Assembly: GCA_964016885.1 (NCBI GenBank)
Contig: OZ024747.1
Coordinates: 91,450,001-91,514,000, forward strand
Origin: Eledone cirrhosa
Taxonomy: Eukaryota
DNA length: 64,000 bases
Direction: 5' to 3'
Positions 40,647 through 52,895 of the stretch are shown in pieces. Positions within the stretch are counted from its first letter, which is position 1. Each line of letters starts with the position of its first letter. The notes below the pieces were generated by a model. It had not been told where the DNA came from and did not search any database. It saw nothing but the letters and a program-made list of their open reading frames with translations. Made by a program: the position numbers and the translations under genes.

Positions 40647-40970
40647 TAAAATAACAGTGCTTTCACCCTTAACGTCATCTTCTGAAACTAACAAAGTCAA
40701 TCTGTGAACGCGGAATTTCAAAAAACGTTGCAGCCGGAGGAAGACAGGAAGACGATACTTTAGTTCGTGGAAACGTTCCCTGGCAAAGAACGGGAAAAAA
40801 ACGAATATAATACGTCATTATTTGGAAGGGTGAAAGCAGCGATTCTTTGCTTAAACTTTAATCTGTTATTTTAATAAATATTTGCTCTACGGATCTTATA
40901 TATTTGATATATATTTATCCTTATCGAGCCCTCTTTGGATTTTAGTCTTCAAATTTATTATTATTACTAT
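40641..40970. mobile_element. Rearranged PLE terminal cassette (family C) in (TA)n; other pieces at 376-480, 34604-34642, 42178-42220
   Basis: Shares ATTTATTAAAATAACAG, AAGGGTGAAAGCAGCGATTCTTTGC and TTATCGAGCCCTCT..GGATTTTAGTCTTC with 42261-43768. Confidence 0.75.
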
Positions 40971-41153
40971 ATATATATATAAATATAAAGGATAACAAAA
41001 TATCGTTATAGGTAATCCAATTAGAGGTTGTGAATACTTCTTATTATGGATAGTTTTAGCGTACGGCGTTGCTTGACGCAAAAAGAGGTTTACGTAGATG
41101 ACGAATTTATGATTTCACTTGTATTCACTTGTAAGTTTATCTTGGAGTAAAAA

Positions 41154-41498
41154 AATTGAAAAAGTGGAGAATAACATGGTCAACAGTACAAAAAAGGGGA
41201 TTTATTTGCAGTCTAACAATTGTATCACTGATAGAGTTGTCTAAACATTGCTGAACACTAAAAGCAGTGCCACGCAATTTTAAATACGATGTTAACTCTA
41301 TTAGATCTTCGGAAACTGTTAAAAAATATATATATAACCGGCAAATTTACAAGTTCAAATTACATCACCAATAATAATATGAATAATAAAGATATAGAGA
41401 ACATTTTTTAGACAACTCTATCAGTGAAACAATTATTAGACTGCAAATAAATCCCCTTTTTTGTACTGTTGACCATGTTATTCCCCACTTTTCCAATT
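41154..41498. repeat. ~92-bp inverted-repeat cassette ending in (TA)n, with HHR 3'-half-like GAAACAATT(G)TT
   Basis: 41154-41245 is the reverse complement of 41407-41498. Confidence 0.75.
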
Positions 41499-41874
41499 AT
41501 ATATATATATAGAGAGAGAGAGAGAGGAAGACTCGGAGTCTCTAGCTTCACAAAAAAACTTTATTGGGTGGCCGTTGATTCTGCTGAGTTCCTCTGCCCT
41601 AGAAGAAGGTCACTCTGATATAAAACCTGCGACTTCGTTTGGATCCAATGATATAAACCAGTTCTTCTTGTTGGGCAAATGCATTTGATGTTCAGATAGT
41701 GGGTTTGGCTCTGTGCACGGCCTTTTCTCACTTAAAAAGCTTCAAGCAAAGGCATCGCTTGATATGTGACATTTATTGCGATGCATGGCATTGCTGGTCA
41801 TAGCAAGTCGCTACCAGGACTAATCGTGATGCTCATGGTTAAGTATCAAGCGATGGCATTACTCGAAATATTTT

Positions 41875-42155
41875 CTAGGGCGGGTAAAATTCCCGAGATC
41901 CATGGACGAGTTCTCTCCAGCGGTCTCTGTCCCTCATTATCGCTGCCATGTCCTGCGTCTCCAACAGACCAGTGTCTGTCCTTAGGGCATCAACATGCGT
42001 TAATCTTGGTCTTCCTCTTCCAGTGTGTCCATGTAGGCGCTCCCACAGGAGCACTGAGTTCAATGTGAACTCTGGATGTCGGTGAGCATGTCCAGCTAAC
42101 CTCAGTCTTCTCTGTGTCACTTTTGAGCTGATTTTTGGGAGGCTCCCATACAGCT
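41875..42155 (-). pseudogene. RTE-clade LINE C-terminal fragment
   Basis: LYGSLPKIS.KVTQRRLRLAGH..RH....VLLW....G..GRGRP....D......M.DRD.WR. Confidence 0.75.
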
Positions 42156-42212
42156 CGAAATATATATATATATATATATTTATTAAAATTTAGTCTTCAA
42201 TTTTATTATTAT

Positions 42213-42260
<48 letters not shown>

Positions 42261-42264
<4 letters not shown>

Positions 42265-43768
42265 ATAATAATAAATTTGAAGACTAAAATCCAAAGAGGG
42301 CTCGATAAGGAAAAATATATATCAAATATATAAGAAATGTAGAGCAAATATTTATTAAAATAACAGATTAAAGTTTAAGCAAAGAATCGCTGCTTTCACC
42401 CTTAACGGGATCTTCTGAAACTAAAAAAAATCAATCTGAACGCAGAAGTAAATATTTCAAAAAACGTTGCAACCGAAGGAAGACAGGAAGACGATACTTT
42501 GGTTCGTGGAAACTTTCCTGGCAAAGAACGGATAAAGACAAAGATAATACGTCATAATTTGGAGCGGTGAAAACAATTACACGCAAAGACAAAACCACGT
42601 TTATGGTATAAATGAAGTCGTAGACTAATATTCTATTAGGTGGTTCGTGGAGACGTTCTCTGGCAATGAACGGAAAAAACGAAGATAATACGTCACTATG
42701 TGGAGCGATAAGAACAATTACACGCAAAGACAAAAGCACGTTGAAGTCGTAGACTTAAATTCTATTAGGAAACCGAATGATTCCCGGCTTCAGAGTAAAG
42801 AATAAAGTAAATAAATTACAGTAATTGAAATTAAATAAATACATGCACGCAACCATATATGTACATACACAAGCATACGAGAAAACACACGCAATGGGTA
42901 TGCCGATACAAGCACGTACACAAAAAAAGAAAACACGCACGCACATACAGACCCCACGCAACGCCTGTACCCGCACGCACACGAACGTATACACCAAATA
43001 CACATAAAAATATATATAAAAAATATATATATATATATGTGTGTGTGAGTGTGCGTGTATACATATAATTATATAAACGTATAGAAATATACACACATAA
43101 ATACGTATAAACGCGCTCACACACATACCAGCTGTAAATACACATATGTACGCAGACGTACGTCTACCAAAACACAAAGTAGACATATACACACACTCTA
43201 CATACGTACGAACCCGCATACTCACACAGACGCAAAACTCACGTATACGCATAACCATATGCACATGTAGCAGTATATATAATATATACGCCATAACATA
43301 TTCAAGCAAATATACGTACGAGAAAGTATACGTACCTTCACATTACATACAGGTAAAATATACTTACCTATACAAATAAGTAATTGTATAAACATAACAT
43401 ATACTTAGCTACCACATCAAGACGTAAAATATTCGCGTATAGTTCGTACTATCCGTTAGGGTATAATGTGGGGCTGTAACACATAAAAGGTTTGTGCAAT
43501 TTATGTTTACAAGCCGAAATTGCCTCAGATTTGGTCTTTGGCGTAGAGTATTTCCAGGGCCTCAGCGGCGCAGAGGTCACAATTCTAGTCTCCGACTTCA
43601 GTTATACCATATACGTGTTTTTGTCTTTGCGTGTAATTGTTCTCTCGTTCCCCATAATGACCTATTATCTTCGTTTTTTCCGTTCATTGCCAGAGAACGT
43701 CTCCACGAACCACCTATAAGGGTGAAAGCAGCGATTCTTTGCTTAAACTTTAATCTGTTATTTTAATA
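42261..43768 (-). mobile_element. Penelope-like 3' fragment family C: 5' inverted arm, GIY-YIG C-tail, low-complexity UTR, tandem repeats, variant HHR
   Basis: Minus strand ~43490-43580 reads DLCAAEALEILYAKD...EAISACKHK (cf. 62630 ORF); 43585-43768 are inverted copies of internal/terminal segments; ends in (TA)n. Confidence 0.72.
42372..42422 (-). ncRNA. Hammerhead-like fold with variant core CAGAAGA and full stem III
   Basis: AGTTT-CAGAAGA-T.CCC(gttaa)GGG.T-GAAA-GCA(gcgattctt)TGC-TT-AAACT. Confidence 0.6.
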
Positions 43769-44599
43769 TATATATACACACACAATATGTTTGATTATAT
43801 TGATCAATGCCTTGAGTGTTGCAGGTTTAAGAAGACAATTATGAGGTCTAATACATGGATCAAAGCAGGTTTGAGAAGACAATTAAGAGGTCTAATGCAA
43901 CAGAAATACCCTATTAGCTATCACATTCTTGATGATTATCAAGCTTAGAATTAACTTGCTCTTTCAGTTAGAAAATTGAATTTTTGCGTAATAAATTCTA
44001 AAAGTCGTGGAAATACCCTATCCTGTTATTTCTCATTAGTTTTGTTTCTTTTCTTCAACAAAAAGAAATAGAAATTCACTAACAATATTTCGAATGTCAT
44101 TCATTACATCACAACTTATCTAAATTATCTGAACATCTACGATTGAACAACTCGAATTATTTCCATTAATTTAGTTTTACTAAAATTCTTAGGAGCTACA
44201 TTTTTTAATTATAAAATTATATGTACGTTGATCAAGGTAATTTCAGAATATTTTGTTTCGCTGATGAGTGCTACAAGACTGAAACCTGCCCGTAGCCGTC
44301 TACCAATAAAGATTAGAATTTTACCTTTATGCACGAAAATCAAATTTTCTGCAAAATTATCTATTAATTTCTTGCAATTATCTGCATTTTTATTTGGGGG
44401 TTGGTAACAACAGCTAGTAATATTTTTTTGGCATTTGCCAACAGAGATGGAGAGAGGGACAAGAAGATAGAGAGCGTGAGAGAAAGAGGAAAAGTGTGAA
44501 AGCGAGAGAGGATGGTGGAAAAGACAAATAAACGTTTCTCTATACAAGCGAACAGTAAAGAAGTATTCAGTGAAAAATAGTTTTATTTATTAGAAGCCG

Positions 44600-45100
44600 A
44601 TTTGCAGCATAGAGCTTCGGTCCTTTATGGTCTGAGTTTGTATCTCATCGAGGTTAGCTTTGCCTATTAACCTTTCGGGGTCGATAGAATAAAGCACCAA
44701 TAATGCACTGGGGTCGATTTAATCGACTTTGCCCTTCTCAAAAATTGTTGGCCTAAATCAGAAACCATTATTAGTCAGGTAAATAAGGCGGTGAATTGGC
44801 AGTATCGATAGAGCATCCGACAAAATGTTTCACGGCATAGAGCTTCGGTCTTTTACGGTCTGAGTTCAAATCTCGCCGAGGTTAGCTTTACCCTTCATCC
44901 TTACGGTGTCGATAAAATAACGTACCAGTCATGCACTGGAGTCGATTTAATCAACTTTCCCCTCCCCAACAATTGTTGGTCTTGAACCTAAATCAGAAAA
45001 CATTATTAGTCAGGTAACGAAGATGATGGACTGACAGTACAGGTAGAGCCTTGGACAAAATGCGGCGTTTTAGGTTCAAAGTTCAAATCCAGCAGAGGTC
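44600..45100 (+). mobile_element. Tandem cluster of 2-3 SINE family A copies
   Basis: Copies at ~44600-44772 and 44786-45012, plus a partial head at ~45025-45100. Confidence 0.75.
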
Positions 45101-45699
45101 ATAATTTCATTATGTGGGGAAAGGCCTTGCACTTGACCAATCCCACTCTCTGAGCATCGAAAACACTACCCGAAAAGGAGAACTGGTCAACATCATGGGA
45201 TACTTCCGAAGCCGCAGGTTTTCTTTCAGAGTTTCCCTCTCCTAGAAAGGTGTTGTGACAACAACTTGGGGCTTTCACTCCCAGGTGAAAAAAACAAACA
45301 AAAAAAGAAAAACTACTATTTGGATGACCGTTGACTCTAATGAGTTCCTCCGCCTTTTGCCGGGTCTTGTATTTCATCCCACAGGGATGGTGGGGTTGCC
45401 GGTTTAGTCGCAGACGACCCGACCATGCGACAGGTTGTAGTGGGTTACAAGTTACCAGTAGCACTCAAGAGTGACTCGATATTATACATACATACATAGG
45501 GTGTGTTGGATAATATAATCGATTACAAGCATAAATCAATAAAATCTAAACATTGGAAATATACGCATATTTCTAAGAGTTCAAATCCAATGACTTTTGA
45601 AAATAGTATTACAGAGGCAGGACATGTCTCAATGACAAATGCAATGTTATATATAGTTGAAAATACAGTTGAAAACCACACAAGATGAATCTACGAAAT

Positions 45700-45887
45700 A
45701 ATTGTTTCTACTTTTGGCACAAGGCCAGCAATTATCCCAGTGTATTACTGATACTTTATTTTATCGACCCCCGTAAGGATGAAAGGCAAAGTTAACCTCG
45801 GCGGGATTTGAACTCAGATCATAAAGGGCCGTAACTCTATGCTGCAAAGCATGGCGTCCGAACCTCTACCGTTACTGCCAATCCGCC
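45700..45887 (-). mobile_element. SINE family A copy with 18-bp target-site duplication
   Basis: ATGAATCTACGAAATAAT at 45685-45702 and 45902-45919. Confidence 0.88.
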
Positions 45888-46384
45888 ATTGAATCCACGA
45901 AATGAATCTACGAAATAATGATTAGGAAAGTTTTGGTAAAGTTTTCATGACTTTCATTGCAAGATCAACATTTGTTGAAAACGACGACTGTGTGTCTATA
46001 AAACAACATTATACCGACACACTACATTATATCTACATACTAACCAGTAAAGCGATTCAATTATTACAGAAAATTTCATATATCGTATAGCAGTGATATT
46101 AGAATCTAACGTATGATAAATGTTATGTTTGATAAGCTGATATTTATTTATATTTGAGTTGATGGCGATAAGCAGAGAAACATTGTCACTCCACTCCACT
46201 TCTTCTCTCTATCGATCTCACCAGACAGGTCATTCTATAGGTAGAAATGTATATATGCTTTATATAGCTATGATGTAAAATTTTGTCACCAATCATTTAG
46301 GTATTAATGTATGCGTTAATATATATACATATATAATATATGTATAATATGTTTAAAATATATATATAGAATATATATATATAT

Positions 46385-46575
46385 AATTGTTTTTACGTTT
46401 AGCACAAGGCCAGCAATAACTCAGGGCATTACTGGTACTTTATTTTATAGACCCCGTAAGGATGAAAGGAAAAGTTAACCTCGGTGAGATTTGAACTCAG
46501 AATGGCAAGGGCCGTAACTCTATACGTCAAAGCATGGCGTCCGACCCTCTACCGATACTGTAAATCCACTGCCCT
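46385..46575 (-). mobile_element. SINE family A copy
   Basis: Reverse-strand match to family consensus. Confidence 0.82.
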
Positions 46576-47771
46576 CATATTATTATATATATATATATAA
46601 TAATATATATATATAATATATATAATAATATATATATATAATATATATAATGTGTATATATATATATATATTATTTGTGTATATATATAATATATATGTA
46701 TATATATATATATAATATATAATGTGTATATATATAATATATGTGTATATATATATAATATATATGTCTGTATATATATAATATATATATGTGTATGTAT
46801 ATAATATATATGTGTATATATATATAATATATATATGTGTATATATATAATATATATATGTGTATATATATAATATATACATATATATATAATATATATA
46901 ATATATATATATATATAATGTGTATATATATATAATGTGTGTGTATATATAATATATATAATGTGTATATATAATATATAAAAAATACATTTATAATATA
47001 TAAAAAATATATATAAAATATATATCGTGTATGTCCCCCAAAAATATATATACACTTCAACAGCATTCTAATAATTATTGTCTGTACATGTAATAAAAGT
47101 GTGTATACATTTTTGAGGGACACTAAAAGAAAAAGAAACAAAATTCACATCCACCTGCAATTGTCGATCTCAATTTGTGTGCCTTCTGAAAGAACGTCTA
47201 TCATTTGGAAAAATGAATCACATGAATTGAACTTTGGAAATAATTAATGGAGTTTTGCTATCGGCGTTCAAGAAGAAGAAATGAACTATAATAAACCAGA
47301 GATAAATCTTACCGAACCGTAATTAAGCTAGAATTAAACATCGAAGCTAAATTTCAGCAGAAGACCACAGAATGTTTAAAACAAATAGAATATGAATATG
47401 CAACACGCACAAACGCGCACACACGAACGCGCACACACGAGCGCACGCACACACACGCGCACACACGCACACACATACACACCAAAATACTCACACACGC
47501 GCATGAACACGCACACGCACACGCACACACACACACACACAACCCCCCCCCCCCCCCCCACACACACACACGGAAAACTAATAAATTTAACATGAAAAAT
47601 CTTTTGAAAAACTGTTTTAAGCGAAACCAGTCAAGTACAGAAGTATGAAAGCTCTTCTTTTTTAAGTAAATAATATTGTTTTCGTTGTGTACTACACAAG
47701 TGACATGTATATAAAACAAAATTTCTCTCACTCGCTCTCGTTCTCCATCTCTTTATCCATCTATCTATCCC

Positions 47772-47995
47772 AGGAGAGGAAAGGAGTACAAGCTCTTCGT
47801 ACTCCTGGAGATGAGGGTTGCACATTTTTTTCGGGGGTATGTGTTACCCATATAAACTGTCTCCCTCTATTGGGGAAAATCGACTAACTTTTAAATTCCA
47901 TCTGTGATAACATTTTACACGTTTTTATTGTATGTAAACTTCCCCCTTTGTATTTGTCCCCTTCTTTTGTGCCCCTGTGGCTAATAAAGAAATAT
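47772..47995 (+). mobile_element. Tx1-like element 3' UTR remnant in TATC repeats
   Basis: Homologous to 54930-55155 (GTTGCACA..TTTCGGGGTATGTG; GTGGC.AATAAA). Confidence 0.75.
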
Positions 47996-48064
47996 ATCTA
48001 TCCCTCTATCTGTCAATCTATCTAACTGTCAATCTATCTAACTGTCTATCCATCTATCTGTCTA

Positions 48065-49002
48065 TGACGGCCAAGGTATTTGCGCTCACCCAGAAGTGGG
48101 CCGAGTGCAAACTATCATTGAAAGGTCAAGCGGAGGTGGCGAATACTTTTATAGCGTCCGTCATCTACTACCGCTTGACCGTCGTGCCAAAACGCTCACC
48201 AAAATGGAGCGCGCGCTCTTCCAATTCCTTTGGAAGAAACGGGCTCCTTTGGTGAGAAGATCCTTCTGCTGCCAACACCCTTCAAACGGAGGGCTGGGGA
48301 AGCCGTGGCTGACGATGCGCAAAAACGCGCTCAGGCTGCGGCACCTCCACGTATTCCTCACCAGACAACCGGTGTGGGCCGCGTTCGTGAGGCGAGCCTT
48401 CCCACGACTCTTCTCGCTGACCGAGCTGCAGTCCTGGGTCAAGCAAAGACCGAGGAATATGGGCGACTCACAGGCGCTCACAGTCCTCTGGCAAACGGAC
48501 CCGGCGATCATTGGAGACTCCACTTCGACATTCTATAGAGGGTTGGTCCGCAGCAAGTGCGACGACGCGCTCGGAGAAACTCTGGACGTAGAGGAGGACG
48601 AACTGGCCAGTCTGTTTGGTAGGACCTTCCGCCCGGGACCAATGGACAACTTCCAAAAGTCCCTGGCCTCGCAGTGCTACCGAGGAGCTCTACCAGTTCG
48701 AGACAAGCTGTACAGACACGGGCGCCCAGGCAGGGACCCTTCGAAAAAGATCTGTCCGAGATGCGTGCGCGACGAGGAAACCGTCGCGCACGCATTTGTA
48801 CACTGCACGGCGTTACCGACCTGTGGGGCTATGTAGAACGACTATTGTCGCGGGTGGGACCAATCCAGTTGACCACCGAGTCCATTGTCATGATCAAACC
48901 GCCACCCTCCTTCAAAAACGAGGGAGAGGCGGTTTTCCTATGTGTTATGGCTATGGTGAAAGAGGTTATATGGTGGACGAGGTTAAAAGGGCTGAATTCA
49001 GA
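48065..49002 (+). pseudogene. Tx1-like ORF2 internal fragment (sister subfamily of 52670-54925)
   Basis: VFALTQKWAECKLSLKG...CPRCVRDEETVAHAFVHC...EVIWWTRLKGL; frameshifted; flanked by TATC-type repeats. Confidence 0.88.
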
Positions 49003-49447
49003 CACCTGTCTATCCATCTATCTGTCTATCCATCTACCTGTCTATCCATCTACCTGTCTATCCATCTAACTGTCTATCTATCTAACTGTCTATCCATCTA
49101 CCTGTCTATCCATCTACCTGTCTATCCATCTATCTGTCTATCCATCTACCTGTCTATCCATCTATCTGTCTATCCATCTACCTGTCTATCCATCTAACTG
49201 TCTATCTATCTAACTGTCTATCCATCTACCTGTCTATCCATCTACCTGTCTATCCATCTATCTGTCTATCCATCTACCTGTCTATCCATCTATCTGTCTA
49301 TCCATCTACCTGTCTATCCATCTAACTGTCTATCTATCTAACTGTCTATCCATCTACCTGTCTATCCATCTACCTGTCTATCCATCTATCTGTCTATCCA
49401 TCTACCTGTCTATCCATCTAACTGTCTATCTATCTATCTATCTATCT
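49003..49447. repeat. 16-bp minisatellite (ATCCATCTACCTGTCT)n derived from (ATCT)n
   Basis: Direct reading. Confidence 0.92.
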
Positions 49448-49649
49448 TGATAGAGTAAGACACGCTTCGCATCGGCTCCGCTATTCCATCGGGATTTACC
49501 CTTACTATTGTAAGTACCGGATAAATTTTTTAGTGCAACACATTTGGAACACTAACCCCTGTTATTTAGGGAAACATTTTTGCATTTACCCCCTTTTTAG
49601 GGGGTAAAATAAATATCTATTTTTGCCGAAAAATTTCTTTCTTGGTAGC

Positions 49650-51486
49650 ATGGCGGAAAAGATGGCAGACATGTCTGCCATTAGCTCTGCCACGCCCCCC
49701 AAGTCTGAAGAACAAAAAATAATTACAACAAAATTAGACATTGAAACAAACAAACAAAATGAAAAAACAAATGTTAAGGAAAATGAGCAAACAGAAAACA
49801 AACAAACAGAAAATAATACAAATAACGACAGGGCAACTTTCGCCCAGAAAACAAAGCAATCCATTACATACACACCAATTGACCTAACTGCCGCCAGAGA
49901 AAAACTGGCCGAAGCAAAGAAACATATTGTTTTGGGGGAGAACGGAATGTTTTCCATTAACTCCCCCCCAGAATTCAAGAAAGCCAGAGCAGAAAACACA
50001 GTTATATACAGAACTATACTGAACCAGACAAGAAAGCCAGCACAGCCCAGCCAAATGGAAATAGAGTTAGTCCTAAAAGACTATATGAAGAATATTCTCT
50101 TCATACGAAAGGACCGACTCTATGGCAGCATTTCGGTCCTAACAAGAGACAAAGAAACGGCGGAGAAGCTTTCCCTAAGCCCACTCTCGTCGACAACATA
50201 TAGCTTCTATCCCTCCTACATGGGTAGAAGAACACAGAGAGTAAAAGTAAAAACAATGCTGCCCACAATGGACTTCTGGTGGGCTATTGCTGGCTTCATT
50301 GATATGGGCGAAGACACTATGCTGTCAATGGGGAAGGCAACTGGAGATGCGTTCCTGGGAATGGGCCTCGACATACTAGTCCAAATGAGGCCCGAAAGAA
50401 TAGCACAAATCCCGGATCGCATCTGGCTGGATGACCTTACCCCAATAGACATAATTGTAGAGGGGAGAAGACCAGCATGCTATTTATGCATGGAAAGGGG
50501 ACACGTTAAGGCTAACTGCCCGAAACGTATCCCCCAAAAAGGACTATTGCCCACACCCACCACAAACAGTACACCAGCACCACCCACCTCCAAAAATACA
50601 CTAATACCACACACAGCAAACAAAATACAGACACCACCAACCACAAACACAACACAAACATCACCACCACCAGCACCAAACACAAGCACGACACAAAAAT
50701 CACCACCACCAACCACAACACAAACATCACCACCACCATCACCAACCACAAGCACGACACAAACATTACCACCACCACCACCACAAAACCCATTCCAAAC
50801 AAATAATAAAAAAAACAGTAACAAATCTACCCCTCCCGCAAAAAAAAAAACAACCACACAACACGTCCCTCCCACCTAGCGCTGAAGAGTTTCCCCCAAC
50901 TTCTGAAGAAGAAGGAGGAGAAGCCTTCAGACAAGTTAAAAGAAAAAAAAGAAAACACACACCCAGCACACCACAAATAACCCACACACAAACACCAACT
51001 CCAATCAAAAACACCCCACCCTCAACAAACAAAAATAAATCTGCGCCTCCCCTCTCCGAAACATTGACAGCATCACAAAAAAAGACGTTGCAATACACAT
51101 ATATAAATAAAGAAAACAAAAAACTGGTTAAATTAATAAACAATAACCCTATGGTGCAGACCGAAGGGCCAAACTTTATCTCAACAGAGAACTTCACCCA
51201 TTTAAAAATGATAAAGGTCCCTCTGGACCTTTATCGTTCCTTAAAAGAACAATTTAGACGGGACGTGAGCCCCCCCTGTTTAAAACCGTTGAATCGCGTC
51301 CTCTTGAAAGATTTCCCCATAACCGCCCCTCTCCCTGACACAACTCCAAATACCCCAACCCCACCACACACGTGTACCCCCACACCACCACAAAACATCC
51401 CTCCACCCAACACACCTGATGCCATGGAAATTACGCAACCCGGAGAGGTAAGTGCTTTTCTTTCTTCACTTTCAACACCAAAATAG
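49650..51486 (+). CDS. Tx1 ORF1 (gag-like, CX2CX4HX4C knuckle, Pro/Thr-rich); one frameshift in the A-run near 50845
   Basis: ACYLCMERGHVKANC; ORF 49623..50879, then the frame of 51064..51486 reads open from ~50881 (AEEFPPTSEEEGGEAFRQVKRKKRK). Confidence 0.8.
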
Positions 51487-51491
51487 ATCAA

Positions 51492-52895
51492 TTGAGAGTT
51501 GGCTGTTTGAACGCGCGTGGCCTGAGCTCAGCTTGGAAGCAAGCAAAGCTTCTAAGTGACCTCAGGTCACAAAGTATAGATGTGATGGTTGTTTGCGAGA
51601 GTCGGATCAGCAGCGTGAGACAGCTGGCGCCCGCCTTCGATGACTTTGAGATGCACGCATCTCTCTGTCAACCCGGAGGCGGGGGGGGGGGGGGAGTTGC
51701 CGTACTGCTGGATAAACGTCTGACTCTCGACGTACAGATTGTTCACTCGGACCCGGGGGGTCGATTACTGGTGCTGGACGTCGGAGGTGGTGAAGGCGGG
51801 GCTTTCAGACTGGTCGGTCTTTATGCTCCCTTCGGGGCGGAGAGAGCCGACTTCTTCCAACGTCTGGAGACTTTTCTAGGAACGTCGCGTTCCCTGCTTT
51901 TAGTGGGGGACTGGAATGGAATCCTAGATGCGCGTTGGGACTATGCAGGGGCATGTCCCGATAGAGGGGGGTGTAGCAGCCTCAAGGGGTTACTCGATCG
52001 ATTCGACCTGGTCGATAGATTTCGACTAGATTGTCCAACTGCGCCAACCTGGACCTGGGCAAACCGCAGTGGACAATCTAGATCGTACCTAGATAGGTTT
52101 TTGGTTAGGAGTAAGGATAGGGACGTATTTAGTTGTCCAGAACTGATCATGGTTGGCTATTCAGATCACAAATTAGTGACCTGCGTGGTCAACCTTGATA
52201 GAACGCATAGACAGGGTCCCGGTTACTGGAAGATGAACTTGTCCTTACTGACAAAGAAAGATTACAGAAACCGGATTAGTAGCTTAGTTAAGATGCGGTT
52301 GACGGGAGCGATCGTCAACAGTAGGTGGTGGATATCTCTAAAGAGAGAGATTAGAGTAAGTTCGATAGGTTACAGTAAGGAACTAGCGGCGAATAGAAAT
52401 AGGAGGGAAAGGGAGTTAACAGATAAACTAGAAGAGGCGATTAGGAGCGGAGACGTAGCCAGAGTGTTAGCGACGAGAACGGCATTGAGCCAGTTCTTTG
52501 ACGCGAAGCACGAAGGCTGCGTTGTCCGAAGTAAAATACGTGCTTTAGGAAACGAGGGGACCAAAGCTGTTAGCTGGGCCCGCGTGACAGAAGCCAAGAG
52601 TGGGATTAAATCCACCATTCGGTCTTTGCGAGACCAGGATGGACGGGTGATCCTTGAACCTGAGCGAATGTGCGAGACCTTTCAAAGCACTTTGCTCGAC
52701 TGTTCGGAGGTGGCGGGGGGCCGGACGGGGATGTGGACTTCGGTCCATACCTCGACGGTCTACCGCGTCTTTCGAGCGGCGAAGCGGAGTGCTGCGAAGG
52801 GCCAATCACAGCCACTGAAATCGGGGAAGCGCTCAGCCAATGCAGCAGACGCAAATCCCCGGGTCTCGATGGTCTACCATACGAACTTTATTTAG
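51492..52895 (+). CDS. Tx1 ORF2 N-terminal APE endonuclease (frameshift ~52680)
   Basis: RVGCLNARGL, VVCES, LVGDWN, SYLDRFL, YSDHKLV, GPGYWKMN. Confidence 0.92.
   Translation: MRVGCLNARGLSSAWKQAKLLSDLRSQSIDVMVVCESRISSVRQLAPAFDDFEMHASLCQPGGGGGGGVAVLLDKRLTLDVQIVHSDPGGRLLVLDVGGGEGGAFRLVGLYAPFGAERADFFQRLETFLGTSRSLLLVGDWNGILDARWDYAGACPDRGGCSSLKGLLDRFDLVDRFRLDCPTAPTWTWANRSGQSRSYLDRFLVRSKDRDVFSCPELIMVGYSDHKLVTCVVNLDRTHRQGPGYWKMNLSLLTKKDYRNRISSLVKMRLTGAIVNSRWWISLKREIRVSSIGYSKELAANRNRRERELTDKLEEAIRSGDVARVLATRTALSQFFDAKHEGCVVRSKIRALGNEGTKAVSWARVTEAKSGIKSTIRSLRDQDGRVILEPERMCETFQSTLLDCSEVAGGRTGMWTSVHTSTVYRVFRAAKRSAAKGQSQPLKSGKRSANAADANPRVSMVYHTNFI

Noticed and set aside
44261-44300. CTGATGA-GT..AC-TGAAAC hammerhead-like motif
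   Set aside because: Core motifs present but no stem I pairing could be found
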